DNA from: Bacillota bacterium
GTDB taxonomy: Bacteria > Bacillota > JAAYKD01
Direction of reading: 5' to 3'
Length of the DNA: 64,000 nucleotides
Assembly (NCBI GenBank): GCA_963666425.2
Contig: OY762825.2
Span: 320,001-384,000 of the forward strand
Positions 9,499 through 17,794 of the stretch are shown piece by piece (the first letter of the stretch is position 1; each line of letters starts with the position of its first letter). The position numbers and the translations under genes were made by a program. The notes under the pieces are model-generated. The model was not told where the DNA came from. It did not search any database and saw only the letters and a program-made list of their open reading frames with translations.

Positions 9499-9861
9499 CT
9501 ATAACAAGCGGATCTTTTCTATCAAACAGCGCAGAGCGGCTGTTTCCTCTTCATTCAATTTAACAGCAACTTGCTCTAAAATCAGCTGAAATTCCTTCGC
9601 GATGGTCTCGGCAGCTTGATTGCGCTGTAACAGATGCAGTACCGCTTCATGCTGTTCCAGATGTGCGACCAAACGCTGCACCTGATCGTGCACTGCCTGG
9701 CGGGAGACGGCAAACGCTGCCGCCACTTCAGCCAACGTGTAATCATCGGAATAGTACATACTGAGCATCTCCTGCTGCCTGTCTGTAAAAAGCTCAGCAT
9801 AGCAATCAATCAGCTGATTGATCGTTTCAGTTTGCTGCAGTTTGTCCTCCATAACATTCAC
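9499..9861 (-). CDS. ylxM: YlxM family HTH protein
   Basis: YYSDDYTLAEVA...VSRQAVHD HTH motif; directly upstream of ffh. Confidence 0.9.
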   Translation of the reverse strand: MNVMEDKLQQTETINQLIDCYAELFTDRQQEMLSMYYSDDYTLAEVAAAFAVSRQAVHDQVQRLVAHLEQHEAVLHLLQRNQAAETIAKEFQLILEQVAVKLNEEETAALRCLIEKIRLL

Positions 9862-9894
9862 CCGTTGCTTTTTTAGTCAACTTATTTCTTTGAC

Positions 9895-9923
9895 ATCATA
9901 GCATGCTGGAATGAGCTTGTCAA
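9895..9923 (-). promoter_or_regulatory. SigA-type promoter of the ylxM-ffh operon
   Basis: TTGACA-17 nt-TATGAT with extended TG. Confidence 0.75.
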
Positions 9924-9961
9924 GTATTTTTGTTGACAACACTATTTTTTATAAATAATGC

Positions 9962-9990
9962 TTGCCAAAGCTTGCCAATTGTGCTATATT
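9962..9990 (+). promoter_or_regulatory. SigA-type promoter of the thrS leader
   Basis: TTGCCA-17 nt-TATATT with extended TG. Confidence 0.65.
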
Positions 9991-10020
9991 ATTAAAAATC
10001 TTGATGAGGGAGATTTTCCT

Positions 10021-10080
10021 ATGATGAATTTCATTCAGTCTGCCAATACAACCACTACCCGAAAGGGCTTGCTTTTGTAG
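10021..10080 (+). CDS. Thr-rich leader peptide MMNFIQSANTTTTRKGLLL
   Basis: SD GAGGGAG at 10006-10012; ACA ACC ACT ACC at 10048-10059; TAG at 10078-10080; upstream of the attenuator and thrS. Confidence 0.8.
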   Translation: MMNFIQSANTTTTRKGLLL

Positions 10081-10147
10081 TTTGTTGCCACTGCAACCAA
10101 CGACAGAGGCTAAGTCCTCTTCGTCGTGTGGTTGCGAGGATAAAAGT

Positions 10148-10196
10148 AAACACCTTGCAAACACAAGTATTTTGTGTTGGCAGGGTGTTTTTTATT
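10148..10196 (+). terminator. Attenuator terminator upstream of thrS
   Basis: ~19-bp stem AAACACCTTGCAAACACAA/TTGTGTTGGCAGGGTGTTT followed by TTTATT. Confidence 0.85.
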
Positions 10197-10329
10197 GGAA
10201 AGGAGGTGTTTGTCCCGATGCTGAAAGGAATTTGTCTGGTAAGCCTGCTGGAATCAGATTCCCAGGGACAATTGACCGTCAACTTCTTAAAAATTCCGAT
10301 CGAAAAAAATTTAAGGAGAGACGAAAAAA

Positions 10330-11874
10330 ATGAACGAAAAAATGAATTTAGCCCATCTCTTGTCTGATGTGGTGCAAGAACTCTTCCCGGAAGCAGTCGA
10401 TTCTGTTTACAAGGAAACAGATGAAGGGTTTTACTGCGATTACGATCTGGCAAGACCATTGAATCCGCAGCGTTTCGCTGCGATCATAGGCGGCATGAAA
10501 GGAAAAAATCCTTCCGCTGTTTATGAGCTTTCACATTTTTCCGGTGTCTATCTGGATGACGATGCAGCTAAAAAAATGTTGCAGCGGATTTATGTACTGG
10601 CATTCCACAGCCAAGTAGAATTAAACAATTACAAAGCTTTGGCAGCCGAAGCCGCGTTGCATGATCACAAGCTGCTGGGGCAGCAATTAAAGCTGTTTTC
10701 CAGTTGTGATGAAGTCGGACAAGGTTTGATCCTGTGGCACCCAAATGGCGCTATGCTGCGTCATATGCTGGAGAAATTTGGGCAGGAAGCGCATCTGCTC
10801 AATGACTATCAATGGGTGTATTCACCACACATCGGGAAAGCATCACTTTGGCAAACCTCCGGCCATCTGGATTTTTATCAGGATGCAATGTATCATCCCA
10901 TTCAAATCGATCAGGAAGCTTATTACCTAAAGCCAATGAATTGCCCCTTTCACATTTGCATTTACAACAGCGAGCTGCGCTCTTACCGCGAATTGCCCAT
11001 GCGGTTGGCAGAGTATGGCACCGTTTATCGCTACGAGTTATCCGGTACATTAAGCGGACTATCCCGTGTGCGTGGCTTTACTCAGGACGATGCTCACATC
11101 ATCTGCACAAAAGAACAGATCCAAGAAGAAGTTACCCGCGCCTTAAAATTCTCACTTTATATCCTGCGCAGCTTCGGTTTCGAGCAGTTCACGGCCTATA
11201 TCGCCACAAAACCGGTCAACAAGTCCATCGGAGCCATCGCAGACTGGGAGCAAGCCATTGCGGTTTTGCAGAATTCGGTGCTTGCCTGTGGCTTAAGCTA
11301 CCAAATTGACGAAGGTGGCGGTGCCTTTTACGGGCCGAAGATCGACCTGAAGCTGAAAGATTCGCTCAACCGGGAATGGCAATGCAGCACGATCCAGTTT
11401 GATTTTAATTTACCCAGCCGCTTTGCGATGTCATATATCGCGGCGGATGGAGAAAAACATCAGCCGCTGATGGTGCACAGAGCCTTATATGGCAGTTTTG
11501 AACGATTTATCTCCCTATTGATCGAGCATTACAAAGGTGAATTCCCCTTCTGGTTATCCCCTCTGCAATTCGGTCTGCTTTCTGTGCGGGAGACGCATAC
11601 GGCTGCCTGTCGGGCGCTGGCTGTGGTATTGAAAAAAAAGGGATTTCGGGTAGCAATCAATGCGGAAGACAGCAATCTGCGCAGCAAAATCAAAGCGTTT
11701 GAATTGAAAAAAACGCCCTATATGCTGATCATCGGCGATAAAGAGGCAGCGAATGGCACTTTCTCCGTTCGCAGCCGTCGGAATGGTGATTTAGGCGAAA
11801 TGACGGTGGAACGCTTGTGTGAGTATCTAAAAGATGAAATCGCTCAAGGGATCCCCCAGTATATCTTTGAATAA
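10330..11874 (+). CDS. thrS: Threonine--tRNA ligase, short form with degenerate editing domain
   Basis: KPMNCPFH, YRYELSG, RVRGFTQDDAH, GAFYGPKID, HRALYGSFERF and anticodon domain; only 514 aa. Confidence 0.95.
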   Translation: MNEKMNLAHLLSDVVQELFPEAVDSVYKETDEGFYCDYDLARPLNPQRFAAIIGGMKGKNPSAVYELSHFSGVYLDDDAAKKMLQRIYVLAFHSQVELNNYKALAAEAALHDHKLLGQQLKLFSSCDEVGQGLILWHPNGAMLRHMLEKFGQEAHLLNDYQWVYSPHIGKASLWQTSGHLDFYQDAMYHPIQIDQEAYYLKPMNCPFHICIYNSELRSYRELPMRLAEYGTVYRYELSGTLSGLSRVRGFTQDDAHIICTKEQIQEEVTRALKFSLYILRSFGFEQFTAYIATKPVNKSIGAIADWEQAIAVLQNSVLACGLSYQIDEGGGAFYGPKIDLKLKDSLNREWQCSTIQFDFNLPSRFAMSYIAADGEKHQPLMVHRALYGSFERFISLLIEHYKGEFPFWLSPLQFGLLSVRETHTAACRALAVVLKKKGFRVAINAEDSNLRSKIKAFELKKTPYMLIIGDKEAANGTFSVRSRRNGDLGEMTVERLCEYLKDEIAQGIPQYIFE

Positions 11875-11948
11875 GCTGCTTTGAAAAATTCAGAGATCAA
11901 TCCCATTTTTAGCGAAGCAGAACCTTGCCAAGAATGGGATTGCTCTTT

Positions 11949-13745
11949 CTATTCTTGCACAAGCAAGTCCACAAATTCAAACTTGTTGCAGTCAACCAAA
12001 CCTCGGTCAGTCAAGCGCAGTTCCGGAATGCAGGGCAGGGAAACCATCGCCATCGTCATAAACGGTGAGGCCAAAGCACAGCCGATCTCTTTCCAGGCCG
12101 CATCCAAGGCTGCCACTTGCTTTGACATTGCTGCTGCCGACAGGTCATTCATTAAACCGGCGATGGGCAGAGATACTAAACCGAGCACCTTACCGTCCGC
12201 TGCTACAACCATACCGCCGCTGCTTTGGATCAGCGTGTTGGCAGCCAGCGCCATATCTTGATCATTGGTGCCGATCACCAGCAAATTGTGCGCATCATGC
12301 GCTACCGTGGAAGCCATAGCGCCTTTTTGAATTTGAAACCCCTGCACAAAGCCATAACCGACCTTGCCGGTGGCATGATGGCGCTCAAAAACAGCTGCTT
12401 TGAGCAGATCACGCCGGCAGTCTGCTTCTAACAATCCGTTTTGGGTCTGTATGGTTACTTCTTTCCCGGTTGTGCCGATTTGGGCGGCATGTACTTCGAT
12501 GACGCGTACCTTGGCCTGCAGCAGATCGCACGGGATGCCAAAAGAGGTTGCCGTGATTTGCTGCTTGATATGCATGGAATGAGTCGCCGCAGCAGGATAG
12601 GTATAATTCTTTCTGTCTTGCAGCATCACACCGTTTTCAGCGACAAGCATCCCATCGATGATTACCCGGAAAACGTCAATTTTCTGCAAATCATGGAAAA
12701 ACACCAAGTCCGCTGCTTTGCTGGGGGCAATTGACCCGATTTCCGTATCCATGTGAAAGCATTGCGCGCAATTAATCGTAACCATTTGAATTGCCGTCAG
12801 CGGATCCACTCCTTCTTCGATGGCGCGGCGCAGCAAGCGGTCGACGTGTCCCTCTGTCACCAGCGTATGCGGATGCGCATCATCCGTAACCAGGATTGCC
12901 ATTCTGCTGTCCACTTGATGCTCTGTAATGGCTTTGATCGTCGCTTTCAAATCCTGCCAGGCAGAACCCTCGCGGATCATGGCATACATACCCAGCCGCA
13001 TTTTAGCTAACGCTTCTTCTGCCCGGGTGGACTCATGACAACAGCGGATACCGGCAGCGACAAAAGCGTTTAAGCCTTTACCGGTCTCCGGCATCGCATA
13101 ATGGCCGGTAGCGATTTTGCCCGCCCGGTATGTTTCTGCCAGTTCGGCATGCGGTTCTGCGGCGGCGGCGAGAATACCGGGAGAATTCATCATTTCGCCT
13201 AGACCAACAACGCCCTGCCAAGTCATGCTCTCTTTGATATCCTGCGCATCAATAGCTGCGCCGGTATCTTCAAAACCCGGTACGGAAGGGACACAGGATG
13301 GCATGGTCGTCATGGTTTTTAAAGGTGTGTTTTTGGCATCTTCCATCATATATCGCACGCCCTCGGCACCCAAGACATTGCAGATTTCATGCGGATCCAT
13401 ATAGATGCCGGTGGTACCATGAGGAACCACCGCTTTGGCAAATTCTCCGACGCTGAGCATGGAAGATTCTACGTGAATATGGCCATCGAGAAAGCCGGGA
13501 GCGACATAACAGCCAGCCGCGTCGATAATTTTAGTATCGGTGCCAATACAATGACGGGCGTCGCCGACCAGGGCAATCCGGCCGCCCGCGATGGCAATGT
13601 CGGTCTGCGGCAGAATTTCCGCGGTATGCACATTGATCAGCTTGGCATTGCGAATGACTAAGTCGGCTGCTTGATTGCCCATTGCTACTGCAGACAGCAG
13701 TCTGGTCAGTTGATCAAGCGGTTGGGTGGCAAAACAGTTAAACAT
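11949..13745 (-). CDS. ade: Adenine deaminase
   Basis: DGHIHVESSML, DPHEI, GLGEMMN, IREGSA, TDD, STVAHDAHN. Confidence 0.9.
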   Translation of the reverse strand: MFNCFATQPLDQLTRLLSAVAMGNQAADLVIRNAKLINVHTAEILPQTDIAIAGGRIALVGDARHCIGTDTKIIDAAGCYVAPGFLDGHIHVESSMLSVGEFAKAVVPHGTTGIYMDPHEICNVLGAEGVRYMMEDAKNTPLKTMTTMPSCVPSVPGFEDTGAAIDAQDIKESMTWQGVVGLGEMMNSPGILAAAAEPHAELAETYRAGKIATGHYAMPETGKGLNAFVAAGIRCCHESTRAEEALAKMRLGMYAMIREGSAWQDLKATIKAITEHQVDSRMAILVTDDAHPHTLVTEGHVDRLLRRAIEEGVDPLTAIQMVTINCAQCFHMDTEIGSIAPSKAADLVFFHDLQKIDVFRVIIDGMLVAENGVMLQDRKNYTYPAAATHSMHIKQQITATSFGIPCDLLQAKVRVIEVHAAQIGTTGKEVTIQTQNGLLEADCRRDLLKAAVFERHHATGKVGYGFVQGFQIQKGAMASTVAHDAHNLLVIGTNDQDMALAANTLIQSSGGMVVAADGKVLGLVSLPIAGLMNDLSAAAMSKQVAALDAAWKEIGCALASPFMTMAMVSLPCIPELRLTDRGLVDCNKFEFVDLLVQE

Positions 13746-13859
13746 GAAGAGAACCTGCCTTTGTTTTTTATTTCATTTTTACACTTTTTTCGGCGGAGAA
13801 GCTAAATCTCTCTCCTGCCTCAAAGCGATGGTTCTAAACCGCATCCTCAGCAGCTTCGT

Positions 13860-15185
13860 TTAGCGGCTGCTGATCCAGGCAGCGAGATCATCGATGACTG
13901 TCTGGTCAAGATGAGCGGCGATATTATAATCGCTGACATCTTTCGCACCCGTGGTTGGCATAAAGAGATGATTCAGACCCGGATAGACTTTGAATTGCAC
14001 ATTGGTGTGCCCCGCAAGGCATTCCTGCCAGGCTGCAAAATCCGTTTCGACTTTAACTTGAAAATCGGCATCTCCCTGCAGGATCAGCATCGGGATCTGC
14101 AGATCGGCAGCCAGTTTCGGCGTATCGATGGCGTTCAAACTCAGCCAATAAGAAGCCGGTTGTCCGGCTACGGTCGTGGCAATGTCTGCTTGGGTTAGCG
14201 CTTTGATTTTTGCTGTTTGGGCTTGGTTTTGCGTCAGCAGATCCGCTTTTTCTGCATCGCTGTATTCCGTAGAGGCTGCTAAGGCGTCAATTGTCTGATC
14301 CAACATCACATCTTCCAATTTGCGTGGTGTACCGGCCAGGCTCACGATACCATTCACTTGGGGGTTCTTGCTGGCAATATATGGTACCAGCATACCACCC
14401 ATGCTGTGACCGATGATGTAAAGATCTGAATCCGGCAGCTTTGTTTCGGCCAATTGAATCGCAGCCGCCACATCGTCGGTGATTTCCTGCTGCACAGTCA
14501 GATTGGTGAGAGCCGCCGCGTCGGCAGGCGGATATTGATAAAAACGTTTATTGTAGCGAATGGAAGCAATGCCCTTCTCTGCTAAACCGTGGGCGAGATC
14601 GCGGAATGGTTTGTTGCCGCCGATGCTTTCGTTCAAATCCGATTGACCGGACCCCTGCACGAGGATGACCACCGCCGGTTGCTCAACACCCAACGGCAGC
14701 GTGAATATACCGTCAATCGGTTGATTTCCATCTGCGTTAATTTGAATCTTGCTTTCTGCAAAGCTGCTGTTGGACACCAAGGGCATATCAATGGTGTAAT
14801 AATTCATCCAAAGACCGGCGATTTTGTAATCAGCTTCAAAAGTGAATTTAATCTGCAAACCGCTTGCTTCGTATTGCAGAATCACCAGGACGACGGCATA
14901 ATCGCTGCTGTAACTGACTGAGGTTTGATAGACAGACTGATAAGCGCCAATCGATCCAACCACCGAAGTCCAGGAGGCTGCCAAAGCTTCCTGCGATAAG
15001 CTTTTGGCAACCGTAGCGTTAAACGCTTTCACCACCGGAGCGAAATCTTGCTTTACCATGCTGCCGGCATAACTTTGGCCGAGTTCTAAGAGTTTCGTTT
15101 CATCATAGACCGGCGGTTTACTGCCGCAGCCCGTCAAAGACAAACTAAGAGCTAGCACCAATAAGAGTAGAACTGGTTTTTTCAT
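13860..15185 (-). CDS. Lipoprotein alpha/beta hydrolase with N-terminal DUF3887-like domain
   Basis: Lipobox LTGC; GHSMG nucleophile elbow; QGDADFQV; YPGLNHLF. Confidence 0.8.
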   Translation of the reverse strand: MKKPVLLLLVLALSLSLTGCGSKPPVYDETKLLELGQSYAGSMVKQDFAPVVKAFNATVAKSLSQEALAASWTSVVGSIGAYQSVYQTSVSYSSDYAVVLVILQYEASGLQIKFTFEADYKIAGLWMNYYTIDMPLVSNSSFAESKIQINADGNQPIDGIFTLPLGVEQPAVVILVQGSGQSDLNESIGGNKPFRDLAHGLAEKGIASIRYNKRFYQYPPADAAALTNLTVQQEITDDVAAAIQLAETKLPDSDLYIIGHSMGGMLVPYIASKNPQVNGIVSLAGTPRKLEDVMLDQTIDALAASTEYSDAEKADLLTQNQAQTAKIKALTQADIATTVAGQPASYWLSLNAIDTPKLAADLQIPMLILQGDADFQVKVETDFAAWQECLAGHTNVQFKVYPGLNHLFMPTTGAKDVSDYNIAAHLDQTVIDDLAAWISSR

Positions 15186-15294
15186 GGATTTTCTCCTTTC
15201 ATTTGGACATATTTATCATCATTCTTGAGCAACAAAGGACAGTCGGCTTGCTGTTACGCTGCAAACTTTGCCTTGCAGAGCAAATCATCTGTTT

Positions 15295-16014
15295 TTATAA
15301 AAAATAGTTGCGGCCGATTTTATTTAATTGCTTCCTGCGTTCCGCATAGTCAGGTAAGATTTCAGCAACCACTCGCCAAAACTGTGGAGAATGATTCATC
15401 ACTCTGAGATGAGCCAGTTCATGTACCACCACATACTCGGTTAATTGCGGCGGTAAGAGCAGCAGTTTCCAATTAAAGTTTAGGTTGCCTTTACTGCTGC
15501 AACTGCCCCAACGAGTCTTTTGCGCTTTAATCGTAATCTTTTGATAACTGACCTGCAGAATGGAGGCGTAAAATGCCGCAGTTTGGCTGAATTCGCGCAA
15601 AGCAATTTGCCGCAGCTGTTTTTCGGCTTCGTGATGTACCTGCTCCGGCTCGCTTGATTTAACATGTAAAATCATTATACCTGCATCGGTCAGCTGCTGC
15701 AGTTCACTGAGAGCGACCTCCGGAGCAATAATAAGCAGCTTTTTACCCAAACAGAAATAACTTTGATTGCAGCGTAATTGAAATTGCGGTTTTGCTTCCA
15801 ACGTTCGCTGCACAGCAATCTGCCGTTTTTGCACAATCCAGTCTTTCTTACTCTCGACAAAACGGATAATTTGTGCGTCTTTCGCTTGCTTTGGCGCTCG
15901 AATCAACACTTCGGCATTTGGTTTTATCTCGATCGCCAATGTTTTTCTGGCACTGTAAAGCAGCCTGCATTCCAGCGTTTGCTGCGGCAGCTGCAGCAGA
16001 TAATTGCTTTTCAT
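15295..16014 (-). CDS. M48/YgjP (DUF45) family zinc metalloprotein
   Basis: KTRWGSCS, YVVVHELAH, NHSPQFW. Confidence 0.9.
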   Translation of the reverse strand: MKSNYLLQLPQQTLECRLLYSARKTLAIEIKPNAEVLIRAPKQAKDAQIIRFVESKKDWIVQKRQIAVQRTLEAKPQFQLRCNQSYFCLGKKLLIIAPEVALSELQQLTDAGIMILHVKSSEPEQVHHEAEKQLRQIALREFSQTAAFYASILQVSYQKITIKAQKTRWGSCSSKGNLNFNWKLLLLPPQLTEYVVVHELAHLRVMNHSPQFWRVVAEILPDYAERRKQLNKIGRNYFL

Positions 16015-17609
16015 CGTGGTATCCTCAAAGCAGTTTCAATTTGCTGCCGCAGAGGCTGCAAGCGCAGGGCGACAGGAGCAGCCAATTCTCCATCGGCAAT
16101 CAGCAGATCCAATTCCTGCAGCGTCACCCATTTTACCTGCTCTGTCTCCCCTGGCTGCAGAATGATTTCCTGCAATGAGATATCTTTTCGCACCAGAAAG
16201 CTATCCATAAAACAACTTTCTTCTTTGTGGCTGCCTAAAAAGTGTAATTCTTCCGGCTGAACTCGGATGCCTGTTTCTTCCTGCAGTTCCCGCCTGGCAG
16301 CTTGCCGCGCATTTTCCCCACTGCGTGCCGCTCCGGCAGTATTTTCCCAAAAACCGCCATATTCTTTCTTCTGCAGACTGCGCAGCGTTAGCAATATTTG
16401 TCCTTGGTTGTTAATGGTCCATATTTCTACCACCTGATGATAAACCCCTGCGGGCAGCGGCAAACCACGGAATTGTTTCTTGTGCAGGGAACCGCGTTGT
16501 TCATCCAAGAGGTCAAAAATCTCCAAATCATCCAATGTCCAGATGGTATAAAGCAGCGCACATTTTTCACCGGCAGCCTGCTTTTGATAGTATGCCGTCA
16601 GTATGCTGCCATCCTGACGCTCGACCGATGAGGGGTAACCCAAGTCGCCATCCGGCGCTCCGGTAAACAGAATATATTCTTTCAGCCAGGTTTCACCGTC
16701 ATCGCAGCTGAGCATGGCACGTTCTCCATAAGGTTCCTCACGATGACCGTAAACACAGACGAGCACCCCGCTGGAATGGCGCAGAAGATGCGGCGGTGCA
16801 CCGGCTGTGTCCAAACAAATCGGCAAACTCCAGGTTTTGCCGCCGTCGTAAGAATCGGTCTGAAAAAGAGTGAAGGAACCATATTGTTTTTCATCGGCAG
16901 CCGTGTCGCTCTCCTGATAACGCAGCATGCCGATAATTTTCCCGCTCGGTAATTCCAAAGCGTGCGGTTCAAAGAAATGATCCCAACTGGCAGCCTGCGG
17001 CAGCTCAGGTCCTCCCAAACAAGACCAAGTCTCACCGCTGTCGGTACTTTCATAAGCCAAAATCCGCTTGCCGGCTGGACTGTTGATCCCTTTGCCCAGA
17101 TAGAGAATACTGCCATCCTGTTTTAAAATCGGACCGTGCGGTGCAGTGACCGCTACTTGTATTTTTTCACTCCAGGTCAAACCGCCATCCTTGCTCAGGC
17201 GCAAAAAGGAACCCCAGTCGTCTTTTCGGCTGCTAATCAGCGCAGTATAGTCTTGAATCAGATCATATTCGGCTGAAGAAAGGCGGCTGCGCAGTCGTTG
17301 ATCGTAAGCTTCTATGTAATGATAAGAATTGCTGAACCAACTCAGCAGCAACCTGCCTTTGCCAAGATTCAGCAGACCCGCATCGCGGTCATCCATATAA
17401 GTATCGTTGACTAAGATAGGCCGGCTCCAGGTGAGACCTTCATCTTTACTGATAAAGAGTAAGGTTTTACCAAAGGGGCAAATATGATAAAGCCGGTGAC
17501 CGGAACAAACTAAAGCCAAAGTAGCGGCATCCAGTCTCGCCAGCGTTCCCCAGCCATAATAACCGAAAACATCCTGAGTGGAATTGACAATCACACCATG
17601 CTGCAGCAT
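16011..17609 (-). CDS. BNR/Asp-box sialidase-like beta-propeller fused to a C-terminal NUDIX hydrolase
   Basis: Five SxDxGxTW Asp boxes; Nudix box GAARSGENARQAARRELQEETGI; start at MLQHG after GAGGTG. Confidence 0.8.
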   Translation of the reverse strand: MLQHGVIVNSTQDVFGYYGWGTLARLDAATLALVCSGHRLYHICPFGKTLLFISKDEGLTWSRPILVNDTYMDDRDAGLLNLGKGRLLLSWFSNSYHYIEAYDQRLRSRLSSAEYDLIQDYTALISSRKDDWGSFLRLSKDGGLTWSEKIQVAVTAPHGPILKQDGSILYLGKGINSPAGKRILAYESTDSGETWSCLGGPELPQAASWDHFFEPHALELPSGKIIGMLRYQESDTAADEKQYGSFTLFQTDSYDGGKTWSLPICLDTAGAPPHLLRHSSGVLVCVYGHREEPYGERAMLSCDDGETWLKEYILFTGAPDGDLGYPSSVERQDGSILTAYYQKQAAGEKCALLYTIWTLDDLEIFDLLDEQRGSLHKKQFRGLPLPAGVYHQVVEIWTINNQGQILLTLRSLQKKEYGGFWENTAGAARSGENARQAARRELQEETGIRVQPEELHFLGSHKEESCFMDSFLVRKDISLQEIILQPGETEQVKWVTLQELDLLIADGELAAPVALRLQPLRQQIETALRIPR

Positions 17610-17670
17610 AAAACACCTCATTAAAAGAACCACTAGGCTCTTCTTTCATTGAAACCAAACAAGAATTTAC

Positions 17671-17710
17671 AAGGGACTATTCTCCAAAGCGAAGAATAGT
17701 CCCTTTTTTT
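17671..17710. terminator. Terminator-like hairpin
   Basis: 13-bp stem AAGGGACTATTCT/AGAATAGTCCCTT; the T-run is on the + side. Confidence 0.6.
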
Positions 17711-17761
17711 AGAATTGAATTTCGGGAAGCGACGGAAGGCGCGGTCAAGACCCGCTGCAAG

Positions 17762-17794
17762 TCTGTGCCAACACCCCCGTCCCCTTGGCACATT
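17762..17794. repeat. 33-bp palindromic repeat, copy 1
   Basis: TCTGTGCCAACACCCCCGTCCCCTTGGCACATT; recurs at 28969-29001. Confidence 0.85.

Noticed and set aside
9990-10329. T-box riboswitch expected upstream of thrS
   Set aside because: No T-box antiterminator motif or stem I signature was found; a leader-peptide attenuator fits better
13746-13859. Purine riboswitch upstream of adenine deaminase
   Set aside because: The region is short and lacks the aptamer consensus
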